From: Macrostomum hystrix
Taxonomy: Eukaryota > Animalia > Platyhelminthes
Reading direction: 5' to 3'
DNA length: 64,000 nucleotides
Assembly: GCA_950097015.1 (NCBI GenBank)
Contig: CATNEN010000033.1
Location: 1,860,001-1,924,000, forward strand
Numbering within the stretch: the first letter of the stretch is position 1; each line of letters begins with the position of its first letter. The notes below the pieces were generated by a model. It searched no databases. It worked only from the letters and a program-made list of their open reading frames with translations, and was not told where the DNA came from. Of this stretch, positions 1 to 11,983 are shown one piece after another. The position numbers and the translations under genes were made by a program.

Positions 1-610
1 CTCAGGGAAACAGTGGACTGCTATGGAGAATGACCTCAGGGAAACAGTGGACTGCTATGGAGAATGACCTCAGGGAAACAGGGGACTGCTATGGAGAATG
101 ACCTCAGGGAAACAGGGGACTGCTATGGAGAATGACCTCAGGGAAACAGTGGACTGCTATGGAGAATGACCTCAGGGAAACAGTGGACTGCTATGGAGAA
201 TGACCTCAGGGAAACAGTGGACTGCTATGGAGAATGACCTCAGGGAAACAGGGGACTGCTATGGAGAATGACCTCAGGGAAACAGGGGACTGCTATGGAG
301 AATGACCTCAGGGAAACAGTGGACTGCTATGGAGAATAACCTCAGGGAAACAGGGGACTGCTATGGAGAATGACCTCAGGGAAACAGTGGACTGCTATGG
401 AGAATGACCTCAGGGAAACAGGGGACTGCTATGGAGAATGACCTCAGGGAAACAGGGGACTGCTATGGAGAATGACCTCAGGGAAACAGGGGACTGCTAT
501 GGAGAATGACCTCAGGGAAACAGGGGACTGCTATGGAGAATGACCTCAGGGAAACAGGGGACTGCTATGGAAAATGGGGCTGCTACGGAGTATGACCTCA
601 GGGAAACAGG
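1..610. repeat. 34-bp minisatellite (ctcagggaaacagtggactgctatggagaatgac), about 17 copies, truncated by the window edge
   Basis: The unit recurs every 34 nt with g/t variants and degenerates after about 573. It lies in the Vps52 intron downstream of the 2031-2098 exon. Confidence 0.97.
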
Positions 611-1475
611 CAAATCTCAGGGACAATGACCTGAAGGATGCGATTTGAGCTGATTTTAGAATTTTCTAGCTAGAATTTTTTTATTATTACTGACAGTAGC
701 GCGGCTAGCTCTCAAATGCAGCCGTATTGTGGCAAAACGGAGTCACATGACACCCTAATGGTACAGAGATTGAGCTTGTCCAGCAACATTACAGCTTGAA
801 GAATATTGCGGGATAGCGGAATAGGACATGCAGAATGTATTCAAATGCTTGCCCGCCTCTCTATCATTGTGTCCTGAGGGAAGCATAACTGATGTCCCGC
901 CAATGTCTCCCATCTGGTCAGTCGGCGCTCAGCGTGTAAGTGGAGCCATGTCTGTGATATGCTGCAGTAGAATGAGGCTGAAAATTGCTAATTTAATTCT
1001 GCACCTATGCTAGCAGAGTAACTTAAGTGTGCTCTGCGAATTCGCGTTTTGGCACGATTCGGAATGCATCGATATACTCCTATGAGCTGCGTGAGAGAGA
1101 GCAAAGAGCATAGCAAATACAACTCCCTTCTCTGTCTCCCGCTTCCTGAGCAGATTTGGAGAAGCAATAGGACTGCTGCTCACGGCATGGGTGAGGCGGG
1201 CCAGGGAAGCCTCGAGCAGCCGCTGGGCACAGATGCATTGAGCCTACTTAGGATACACTCGCATGGCAGCAGGGCTCTACTGGCAAGGGAGAAGGTCAGC
1301 TCAGGCAAGGAAAGGCCAGACAGGCGAGCACACAAGCTGGATTGAGGTCTGGGGAAGCCAGGGAGCGACCCCACCCCCTGCAGAAGCAGAAAACTGCAGC
1401 GCGGAATACACAGCAGAACTTTTAGGCAAACCTTAAGGCCCGGCTGCGACATCCACCCGCTCTGCCTTCCCTCCC

Positions 1476-1992
1476 AGCCTGACATCACCCCCTGCCTCAC
1501 TCCCATCAGCCTCTGCCTCACACTCCCATCAGCCCTGCCTCACACTCACATCAGCCCCTGCCTCACACTCCCATCAGCCCCTGCCTCACACTCACATCAG
1601 CCCCTGGCTCACACTCACATCAGCCCCTGCCTCACACTCCCATCAGCCCCTGCCTCACACTCCCATCAGCCTGCCTCACACTCCCATCAGCCTGCCTCAC
1701 ACTCCCATCAGCCTGCCTCACACTCCCATCAGCCTGCCTCACACTCCCATCAGCCCCTGCCTCACACTCCCATCAGCCTGCCTCACACTCCCATCAGCCT
1801 GCCTCACACTCCCATCAGCCCCTGCCTCACACTCACATCAGCCCCTGCCTCACACTCCCATCAGCCCTGCCTCACACTTCCATCAGCCCCTGCCTCACAC
1901 TCACATCAGCCGCTGCCTCACACTCCCATCAGCCCCTGCCTCACACTCACATCAGCCCCTGCCTCACACTCACATCAGCCCCTGCCTCACAC
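1476..1992. repeat. 21/23-bp minisatellite (agcctgcctcacactcccatc), left arm of an inverted pair
   Basis: Direct tandem units. The reverse complement matches the array at 2633-3952. Confidence 0.95.
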
Positions 1993-2030
1993 TCCTCTCC
2001 ATCCTGTCCTGCAGGTAGGGCTGAACGTAC

Positions 2031-5000
2031 CTCCAATACCGAGTCGCAGTCCTTGATCTGCTTGTGGAGCCTGGCGATGTTCACAGCTTGGCGCAAATCT
2101 GCAATGCGGAATGGCTCAGGGTCAGGGCTGCGCAGAATAATAATGAAGCACCGGACAGACAGGCAGGCTATGAGAGGCCGCAGTGTACTAGAATAGCAAA
2201 GGCAAGGCAGCAATGCCCTGCCTTGACATGAAAGGATATGAAAGGTATGGCGGCGAAGGTGCACCCGAAGTCGGCCCAGAGGCGCGGGGGAAGCAGGATT
2301 TATTGCGCGGGGCGACAGTTGAACAAGAATTCACGCGGAGGGGCAAACGCAGGAAATGGTGAAACGGTTAAAGCCGAAATGCCAGCTGAATTCTATCTCT
2401 AAAGAGACAGCAAAAGTGCACACCAGCGGCGCAGACAATTGCTTCCTAAATCAATCCGTGAGCAAGTCATCGCTACTGACTAGCTATAAGATTCGATTAG
2501 CCTGGGCAGGAAATCGATGCGTGCCACTCGTCTAAGCGACAATTAGCGAGCATTGCTAATTCAAAGCATTGGCAATCCTCAGAGGAAACCTAGAAGTAAA
2601 GCAGAGAATGAGGATAATGAGAGGATGGAGAGTGTGAGGCAGGGGTTGATGGGAGTGTGAGGCAGGCTGATGGGAGTGTGAGGCAGGGTTGATGGGAGTG
2701 TGAGGCAGGCTGATGGGAGTGTGAGGCAGGCTGATGGGAGTGTGAGGCAGGCTTATGGGAGTGTGAGGCAGGCTGATGGGAGTGTGAGGCAGGCTTATGG
2801 GTGTGTGAGGCAGGCTGATGGGAGTGTGAGGCAGGCTTATGGGTGTGTGAGGCAGGCTTATGGGAGTGTGAGGCAGGCTGATGGGAGTGTGAGGCAGGCT
2901 TATGGGAGTGTGAGGCAGGCTGATGGGAGTGTGAGGCAGGCTTATGGGTGTGTGAGGCAGGCTTATGGGAGTGTGAGGCAGGCTGATGGGTGTGTGAGGC
3001 AGGCTGATGGGAGTGTGAGGCAGGCTGATGTGAGTGTGAGGCAGGCTGATGGGAGTGTGAGGCAGGCTGATGGGAGTGTGAGGCAGGCTGATGGGAGTGT
3101 GAGGCAGGCTGATGGGAGTGTGAGGCAGGCTGATGGGAGTGTGAGGCAGGCTGATGGGAGTGTGAGGCAGGCTGATGGGTGTGTGAGGCAGGCTGATGGG
3201 AGTGTGAAGCAGGCTGATGGGAGTGTGAGGCAGGGGCTGATGTGAGTGTGAGGCAGGCTGATAGGAGTGTGAGGCAGGGGTTGATGGGAGTGTGAGGCAG
3301 GCTGATGGGAGTGTGAGGCAGGGGCTGATGGGAGTGTGAGGCAGGCTGATGGGAGTGTGAGGCAGGCTGATGGGTGTGTGAGGCAGGCTGATGGGAGTGT
3401 GAGGCAGGCTGATGGGAGTGTGAGGCAGGGGTTGATGGGAGTGTGAGGCAGGCTGATGGGAGTGTGAGGCAGGGGCTGATGGGAGTGTGAGGCAGGCTGA
3501 TGGGAGTATGAGGCAGGCTGATGGGAGTATGAGGCAGGGGGTGATGGGAGTGTGAGGCAGGCTGATGGGAGTGTGAGGCAGGGGGTGATGGGAGTGTGAG
3601 GCAGGGGGTGATGGGAGTGTGAGGCAGGGGCTGATGGGAGTGTGAGGCAGGCTGATGGGAGTGTGAGGCAGGCTGATGGGAGTGTGAGGCAGGCTGATGG
3701 GAGTGTGAGGCAGGCTGCTGGGAGTGTGAGGCAGGCTGATGGGAGTGTGAGGCAGGCTGATGGGAGTGTGAGGCAGGCTGATGGGTGTGTGAGGCAGGCT
3801 GATGGGAGTGTGAGGCAGGTTGATGGGAGTGTGAGGCAGGCTGATGGGAGTATGAGGCAGGCTGATGGGAGTGTGAGGCAGGCTGATGGGAGTGTGAGGC
3901 AGGCTGATGGGTGTGTGAGGCAGGCTGATGGGTGTGTGAGGCAGGCTGATGGAATATGGGATCTATGTTTAATTCCAGCAGCTGCTAGTTGAGTCAGTTT
4001 CCTCTGACATTTCTCATCATCCGTCGCTTCTCGGACGGAGAGGCAGCCGCTGGATTCGTTAGAAAACTCCTCCCTCTCGTATCCTCCCTGCTGCTTTCAT
4101 CCTCATTTCTTCCCGTTCCTTCCTAAGGCCGGCCGCATCCCCATCTAGTTATCCCGGTCCCCCGGTCCCCGGCCTTGCCGACCTCTCGCTTCAGTATTTT
4201 TAGCGACTTGCCTCTCTGCGCTGCCCTAGCGCCCCCAGCGAGCCAGACACACTCGCCGCCTATTTTGTCCTAGCACTTTACAGGGGATTTCGGTAGGGCT
4301 GTGGAACTGCTGCGTAGGCTCTGCCTTTAATAGACTCCTCTTGCTTCGCTCCCCTATTTTTTTCCTCCGTATCCAAAGCCTCTGCTCATGTTGCTCGCTG
4401 CACGTATCTCCTCTGCCCGTTTGCATGCCGGCTCCTCTGAGCTGCCTGCTCACCATGGCTCTCGCCTAGCTCATGCTTCACAAGCAAATTATCCCCCCCA
4501 CTATCCCATATCCCTCTTTCCCAAAACCCCTCACTCTCCCTAATCCCCTCAATCCCATCGTCCCTCACTCTACCATATCCCCTCACTCCCATATCCCCTC
4601 ACTCCCCCTAATACCCGCTCACTCTCCCAAATACCCTCACTCCCCCTCATACCCGCTCACTCTCCCAAATACCCTCACTCCCCCTCATACCCACTCAATC
4701 TCCCAAATACCCTCACTCCCCCTCATACCCGCTCACTCTCCCAAATCCCCTCACTCCCCCTCATACCCGCTCACTCTCCCAAATCCCCTCACTCCCCCTC
4801 ATACCCACTCAATCTCCCAAATACCCTCACTCCCCCGAATACCCACTCACTCTCCCAAATCCCCTCACTCCCCCGAATACCCACTCACTCTCCCAAATCC
4901 CCTCACTCCCCCTCATACCCACTCACTCTCCCAAATCCCCTCACTCCTACTCATACCCGCCCACTCTCCCAAATACCCTCACTCCCCCTCATACCCGCCC

Positions 5001-7477
5001 ACTCTCCCAAATCCCCTCACTCCCAAATACCAAACAACGCATTGTTCGACGCAATCGCTGAAGGCAGAAAGTTAAAGTTGCTTCTGCTTATATATCCCCC
5101 TAGTGTGGCATTGGTATTCACTCCGTATTTCATTCATTGTGATGATTCTGTGACAAGGAGTTTTGTGACCCACAAAACACAGAGAAGGTAGCCGCTCACA
5201 GTCCTGGATGCTGAGGGCCTGAGCACTGTCCAGCTGCGACTCAACTTGGCGCGAGTAGTCTCGTAAGTCCACGCCCTGCAATGCAGCAAATCGATTCACT
5301 CATCTTATCACATCCCAGTTCCTCATCTTATCCTATCCATATTCCTCATCACATCCCTTTCCCCATTCCACCCCTTTCCTCATCCCACTCCTTTCCTCAT
5401 CCTACTCCTTTCCTCATCCCACCCCTTTCCTCATCCCACTCCTTTCCTCATCACACCCCTTTCCTCATTCCACCCCTTTTCCTCACCCATCCCTTTCCTC
5501 ATCCCACTCCTTTCCTCATCCTACTCCTTTCCTCATCCCACCCCTTTCTTCATCCCACTCCTTTCCTCATCCCACTCCTTTCCTCATCCCACCCCTTTCC
5601 TCATCCCACTCCTTTCCTCATCCCACTCCTTTCCTCATCACACCCCTTTCCTCATTCCACCCCTTTTCCTTGTTCCACTTCTTTCCTCATCCCACTCCTT
5701 TCCTCATCACACTCCTTTCTTCATCACAGTCCTTTCCTCATCACACCCCTTTCCTCATTCCACCCCTTTTCCTTATTCCACTTCTTTCCTCATCCCACTC
5801 CTTTCCTCATCACACTCCTTTCTTCATCACGGTCCTTTCCTCACCACACCCCTTTCCTCATTCCATCCCTTTTCCTTATTCCACTTCTTTCCTCATCCCA
5901 CTCCTTTCCTCATCACACTCCTTTCTTCATCACAGTCCTTTCCTCATCCCATCCCTTTCCTCATCCCATCCCTTTCCTCATCCCATCCCTTTCCTCATCC
6001 CATCCCTTTCCTCATCCCATCCCTTTCCTCATCCCATCCCTTTCCTCATCCCATCCCTTTCCTCATCCCACTCCTTTCTTTATCCTTTTCAACTCCCTAT
6101 CTCTGACCCTATCCCTACTCCTTATTCCCTTACGAAAGAAGACTGGCTGCATTTATTCCAGCTCACCGACTGAAGCGCCTGACGGACCTCATCGTCAGCG
6201 AGATTCTCCTCGATGTGGTCTTTAAAAAAATATGTGCGCATTATTTTAATAGATATAAAACTACACTTCACGCATGCGCCTTGAAACTCACCCAAAACTC
6301 GCTCAGAGAAGTTTTCTACAGATTGTTCCATTCATTAACGGCTGATGGTTATGGGAGGCTGAAATGGATTCGGAGATTGTATTGTCTATGGTAAAAATCT
6401 GCTAATCCCACTACGGCCTCGTTATTTTACGAGTACATCACATGACAGCGAGGGTGGGGTTTCATAATCGCTGTATCTTGCTTAAACTGATTGAGTCACG
6501 TGATTAAAGAAACATTTCTAGGGGTATCGCGTCGATAAACTGTTTCTAAAAATAGTCACGCCTTCAAGCCAATGCGACTAATCAATAAAATTTCATTCGA
6601 AAAGAAAAAGTCAATAAGCTCACAGATTTTCTGTGCTGGACTTGAAGGTGACTTATTTGCTAAATATTATTTCTAATATTATATTTCCTTTCTCATATTC
6701 TAAAGGACCGGTGCAAAAAAGTTTTGTGCCTAGATAGTAAAGATGCGTGCGCAAAGATCACTAACCTAATGCATAGTTGCTAGGGATTAAACAAGAGGAG
6801 AACAAGACAGAGATAAATAAGTGGCTCAGAAGAAGCCGTGCATTCGCTAGAGGGGGCCGTAAAACACACGCCAAAGAGTAGCAATACACACGTATTGCAG
6901 TACACACGTAAGCAATTCGAACTCCAAGTGACCCAGCAGCTGCCAACAGTGCTTCCGAACTGATCCCTAGCCATCCCATTGCTATTAGTTTGGGATCAGA
7001 GGATAATTAGTTGATTTAGAGAATAGTTTTCCACCTGGTGGGATAATTGGTTAACCGAGAAGACAATTTCCAATGATAGATCATTCTGAGGAAAGCTTTG
7101 GAGCAGTGCAACAGCCTGGAGTCACCGGGGCCCGCTAGGAACAACAAAAAAGCCTGTCGATTGTAGAAAAGTGACAGCGAATACCGTAAGAGTTTAGTAA
7201 AAAACTGACTTATCCCATAATAAATACGGACTAATTAATTTTAGCGATCGCCACTCGCGTCTGAAATAATATCACGATTGCAGGAGTAAAATGTTACAAA
7301 AAGCGCGCAAACAAAAAGAGCACTAGACTGAGTACTTCTCATACGAAAAACGTTTAAAAGGACATTTCGCGAATTTCTTTTGTTTCTCTTTTTTAAAAGA
7401 AAGGTAGCGAGGTAAAGCGTTTAGCCATACTTTATAGTATAGGAGTATACCATTTATAAACTCATCGCTACTAACTT
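2031..7477 (-). CDS. VPS52: Vps52 (GARP/EARP subunit), N-terminal exons; gene continues left of the window
   Basis: GT-AG exons on the minus strand at 7477-7451 (27 nt), 6219-6167 (53 nt), 5275-5200 (76 nt) and 2098-2031 (68 nt) join in frame. They give EVSSDEFINDHIEENLADDEVRQALQSGVDLRDYSRQVESQLDSAQALSIQDYLRQAVNIARLHKQIKDCDSVLE, which matches the Vps52 N-terminus (SDEFI..HIQANLEDELVKEAL..GVDLRHYSKQVE..YIQESENIASLHNQI..CDAVLE). The start is uncertain: either candidate exon 8198-8177 (MTSYVLR) or an in-frame ATG at 7505. Confidence 0.9.
2633..3952. repeat. 21/23-bp minisatellite (gggagtgtgaggcaggctgat), right arm of the inverted pair
   Basis: About 60 units, reverse complement of 1476-1992. 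It explains the spurious RQADGSV ORFs. Confidence 0.96.
4500..5030. repeat. About 38-bp C-rich minisatellite (ccctcactccccctcatacccgctcactctcccaaata)
   Basis: Unit starts at 4634 and 4672 give a 38-nt period. Intronic in Vps52. Confidence 0.9.
5315..6080. repeat. Pyrimidine-rich complex minisatellite, about 17-bp core (cctttcctcatcccact)
   Basis: The core motif tttcctcatc recurs throughout. It lies in the Vps52 intron between the 53-nt and 76-nt exons. Confidence 0.9.
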
Positions 7478-7661
7478 CTACAATAAACAGAACGGCATTG
7501 CACATAGTAAGCACATGGGCTATTGCTGGCTGGGCCGTGTGAATAGCTGATATTTAAATAACTGGCTAACAGTTCACAGAAACAACTTTAACATTTATGC
7601 GAGAGAAATAGCCGAGAAACAAGAAAAGAGACTGAAGACCATATCGACACTCATATTAGGA

Positions 7662-8183
7662 CCTACTTCTCAGGCTCTGTCTACTTCTCAGGCCACTGCC
7701 TACGTCTCAGGCTCTGTCTACTGCTCAGGCCACTGCCTACGTCTCAGGCTCTGTCTACTGCTCAGGCCACTGCCTACGTCTCAGGCTACTTCCTACTTCT
7801 AGACCTACTGCCTAATTCTCGAGCTACTGCCTACTTCTTAAGCCAATGCCAACATGTCAGGCTACTGCCAACATGTCAGGCTACTGCCAACATGTCAGGC
7901 TACTGCCAACATGTCAGGCTACTGCCAACATGTCAGGCTACTGCCAACATGTCAGGCTACTGCCAACATGTCAGGCTATTGCCTACTTTTAGAGCTACTG
8001 CCTACTTCTCAAGCTACTGCCTACTTCTTAAGCTACTGCCAACATGTCAGGCTACTGCCTACTTCTCAGGCTACTGCCTACTTCTTAAGCTACTGCCTAC
8101 TTCTCAGGCTACTGCCTACTTCTTAAGCTACTGCCAACTTCTCCGGCTACTGCCTACTTCTCGGGCTACTGCCTACCTCTCAG
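7662..8183. repeat. 19-bp minisatellite (ggctactgcctacttctca / ggctactgccaacatgtca)
   Basis: Tandem 19-nt units in zoned variant blocks. Confidence 0.93.
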
Positions 8184-8552
8184 GACATATGAAGTCATTG
8201 TCTGTAGAGGATTTCCAATCCCAGTTTCTAGCCAACTTCTCTTAACTCAAGTGCAGAAATTGAGAAGAGAACACGCGATAGGGTGGCAGAACCTGTTCCA
8301 CAAAGAGACAGCAAATGACTGCAACAACTGAACACGAGCAGACAAACAGACAAAGAAAAGCACGAAAAGCAAGAAACACGAGACATTAGAAAGCCAGCGA
8401 GCTCAATTTTTAGGTGGGGAAGTAATTATTAAAAAAGCGGAGACATTGGAAAAGAGATTGCAGGACACTGCATAGAGACTATGACGCGTCACAGTTGCTT
8501 CGTTATTTCATCAAGGTCATCCAGTCAGCAATGACCCGCCTGGCCTCCTGCC

Positions 8553-11500
8553 TCAGTTGCCGCCCTCCTTTGGTGGCTCCTCCGCCTCTTTCTCCTCTGA
8601 AATTGGAAAGTGGTGCAGGGCGTAGCGTGAAACTATTTTTCTACAACGGAATCGAATTGCGCAACTTTCTCCTAGCAGCTGTCTGAGTAGTCTAGGCGTG
8701 GGGTGTGTGGAGCTACTCTCCTTACAGCTCAAACTGTCTGAGTAGACTAGGTGTGGGGTGTGTGGAGCTACTCTCCTTACAGCTCAAACTGTCCTGAGTA
8801 GACTAGGCGTGGGGTGTGTGGAGCTACTCTCCTTACTGCTCAAACTGCCTGAGTAGACTAGGTGTGGGGTGTGTGGAGCTACTCTCCTTACAGCTCAAAC
8901 TGTCTGAGTAGACTAGGTGTGGGGTGTGTGGAGCTACTCTCCTTACAGCTCAAACTGCCTGAGTAGACTAGGTGTGGGGTGTGTGGAGCTACTCTCCTTA
9001 CTGCTCAAACTGCCTGAGTAGACTAGGCGTGGGGTGTGTGGAGCTACTCTCCTTACTGCTCAAACTGCCTGAGTAGACTAGGCGTGGGGTGTGTGGAGCT
9101 ACTCTCCTTACAGCTCAAACTGTCTGAGTAGACTAGGCGTGGGGTGTGTGGAGCTACTCTCCTTACAGCTCAAACTGTCTGAGTAGACTAGGTGTGGGGT
9201 GTGTGGAGCTACTCTCCTTACAGCTCAAACTGTCTGAGTAGACTAGGCGTGGGGTGTGTGGAGCTACTCTCCTTACAGCTCAAACTGTCTGAGTAGACTA
9301 GGCGTGGGGTGTGTGGAGCTACTCTCCTTACAGCTCAAACTGTCTGAGTAGACTAGGCGTGGGGTGTGTGGAGCTACTCTCCTTACAGCTCAAACTGTCT
9401 GAGTAGACTAGGTGTGGGGTGTGTGGAGCTACTCTCCTTACAGCTCAAACTGTCTGAGTAGACTAGGTGTGGGGTGTGTGGAGCTACTCTCCTTACAGCT
9501 CAAACAGCTCAAACTGTCTGAGTAGACTAGGCGTGGGGTGTGTGGAGCTACTCTCGTTACTGCTCAAACTGCCTGAGTAGACTAGGCGTGGGGTGTGTGG
9601 AGAATAATGGGGACGTGTGCCAAAAGCCTTGCTGCTAGCATTGTCCTCGATAAATTATTAGTTCGGTAGAAAGATGCTCATTGGTCAAAAAGTATCGAAT
9701 TATTAATGTCGCGAGCACAATCCACACACAAGGGGGTGAGTGGCATTGCGGTCTAAAGCGCTTTCCCCTCTCACTAAAGTCCCTGAGCTCGATTCCGCCG
9801 CGAAGCCACATTTTTTTTGGGGCAAAGCCGCGCAGAGAAGGCTTGGGGGCTTGTGCAATTGCCACCATTAAGGGCGAACCTCTAAGGCCTAGCAATAGTG
9901 TACACTGCATGACGATGAGAAATTCAGGGTATATGTACATACCTGTGTGAGTGCCTGCGTACGGTATCTGTGTGCGTCTGTTTAGGAGTCAGCGTTTGTT
10001 CTGATTGGCTGCTGGGCTTGGGGAGGTTGCGTGTCGTTGCTTAGGGCCGCTGCCCCCTCCCCTCCGCATCTTAGTACTTTTCCCTGCCTGGCTATTCAAG
10101 TGAGATCTTCGAAATGAAATATATTATTCGAAAAAAATTCAACCAAGCGCAGAGTCGCTAACAAAGCAACAAAGCCAGCAAGGAACTGACCTTCGCCAGC
10201 AGCCTGCATGTCCGAAGTCCACAGGGTGAGGTTGTCCCTGAGCAGTTGCATGATCAGGGTGCTGTCCTTGTAGGACTCCTCAGACAGGGTGTCCAGCTCG
10301 GCGATGGCCTCGTCGAAGGCGGTCTTGGCCAGCTTGCAAGCCCTATCGGCCGAGTTGAGAATCTCATAGTAGAACACGGAGAAGTTGAGGGCCAGGCCCA
10401 GGCGAATGGGGTGGGTTGGCTTGAGCTGCGTGCTGGCGATGTCGGTGGCGGCCTTGTAGGCTGTCAGGCTGTTCTCCGCGGCCTCCTTGCGCTCGGCGCC
10501 GGTAGCGAATTCGGCCAGGTAGCGCAGGTAGTCGCCCTTCATCTTGTAGTAGAAGACGCGAGACTCGGCCACGGTGGCATTGGGGATGAGATGAGTCTCC
10601 AGCACGTCCAGGATGTCGTCGCAGATGCGCTTGAGCTCCTTCTCAACCTGGGAGCGGAAGGCGCGGATCAGTTCGAGCTTCTCGCTGCCAGATTTGCTCT
10701 CCTCCTTCTGCTCGATGCTGCTCATGATGCGCCAGCTGGCCCGCCTGGCCCCGATCACATTCTTGTAGGCCACGGACAGCAGGTTGCGCTCCTCCACTGT
10801 CAGCTCGACATCCATCATGGCCACAGCCTTCATGGAGTCTACCATCTCTGGCAGATCGCGTGCCGGTTTTAGTTGTGTTTATTAAAACAAAGTTTGAAAA
10901 TAAAAGACTAGTTTTCTTTCCCTCATATTACAGTATCTACAATACACATATATGAGGTTGCAGCCTAGTGGTTAGAGCATTGGACTGACAACTTGGATGT
11001 CGGGGGTTCAAAGACACAAAGTAAGCTCTATCTTAGTATGACTTTTTTAAATACTTAACTCAATGTTACTTTAACCTACTCAGTAGCATTACTTAAAAAT
11101 AATGGGCTAAATAAGGTAAATATATAATCTAAAAAAGTCAATCACTAATTAGAATGGGTTGGTGGTAACTGTTTAAAATTTTTGACTTACTTTGCTTCAG
11201 AAGGGAATTGTGCATCACATGCAAACTCTTATTTCCTCAAACTCTGGTCAGACAACTTGCACTTCTGACTCAACCCTCCTGACCTGACCCCTTGTTGAGT
11301 TGGATAAGCAATGTCCTACTTTAGCTACATTTTTAGTATGTAGTAGGCACAAAAGCACAGTAGGACATTCATTGAGTTAGACCAGTAAGATTTATGATTG
11401 ATCCCATTAATTTCTTGCTAAGCCCATAACTGATAGTTATCTATTGACTTTAAATTGAACCTATTTTTGGCCTGCTACTTCACTTCTTTATGTCAGTTTA

Positions 11501-11983
11501 AAATCAGTTTATTTTGTCACATGCACATTACTTTTTAGGACTGCCTAGCTAAACAGGGTGATAATTTTAAAGATAGTATATACTTTAGGAAGAAGTTTAG
11601 ATCATTGCAATGAATTTATTTTTAACAACAAAATCCAATATATATTTTTAGGCTCGAAATGCAAGGAAATTCATAATACTTCATTATAATAAAATATTGT
11701 TGTTGTTTGTGCCTGTCATTTTTATTGCTTATGTTGTCTAAAATCTATATAATTGGTAATTTTAATTAGGAAACATATGAATGAAAAAACATCTGAAACA
11801 ATCCATACACGCATCCAATTCGTATTATTTTCTGATTTCTGCAATAGATGCAAAATAATAGCAATATTAAATGTGCACAAAAAAGATATGTACACAAAAA
11901 ACAATTGACTTACCATCATAGCGCTCAGCTTGTTCAGCAAGCTTGGCAAAATAAACTTTGTCTTCACGATCATCAAGAGCCAT
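8553..11983 (-). CDS. YWHAE: 14-3-3 protein epsilon-type, 256 aa, 3 exons
   Basis: Exon 11983-11914 encodes [23 protein letters not shown] (donor G|gtaagt). Exon 10847-10191 encodes [40 protein letters not shown]...[16 protein letters not shown]. Exon 8596-8553 encodes [14 protein letters not shown]. Total 771 nt, in frame. [13 protein letters not shown] and KMKGDY motifs indicate the epsilon type. Confidence 0.97.
8679..9602. repeat. 55-bp minisatellite (ctgtctgagtagactaggtgtggggtgtgtggagctactctccttacagctcaaa), about 16.5 copies
   Basis: 55-nt period (gggtgtgtgg at 8701 and 8756). Lies in the last intron of 14-3-3. Confidence 0.96.
9733..9805 (+). mobile_element. Degenerate tRNA-like (SINE-head-like) fragment
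   Basis: An A-box-like gtggcattgcggtctaaagcgc is followed about 40 nt later by a B-box-like gctcgattcc. No intact cloverleaf. Confidence 0.25.
10955..11012 (+). mobile_element. tRNA-derived SINE head or tRNA pseudogene fragment
   Basis: gcagcctagtggttagagcattggactgacaacttggatgtcgggggttcaaa has an A box (cctagtggttagagc) and a B box (ggttcaaa) at tRNA-like spacing. The acceptor and anticodon stems are not intact. Confidence 0.45.

Noticed and set aside
2700-6225. Long ORFs with RQADGSV, His/Pro-rich and Phe/Ser/His-rich repeats
   Set aside because: These are translations of intronic minisatellites whose unit lacks stops in one frame. They have no splice or codon support and overlap Vps52 introns.
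8640-9810. Inverted similarity (ggaatcga..) either side of the 55-bp array, suggesting TIRs
   Set aside because: The match is short, coincides with B-box-like motifs, and has no matching outer termini or TSD.
10096-10190. 14-3-3 C-terminus as given by the ORF track (..[11 protein letters not shown]..)
   Set aside because: This is read-through into the intron. A donor at 10190 and an in-frame acidic terminal exon at 8596-8553 give the expected 14-3-3 tail.
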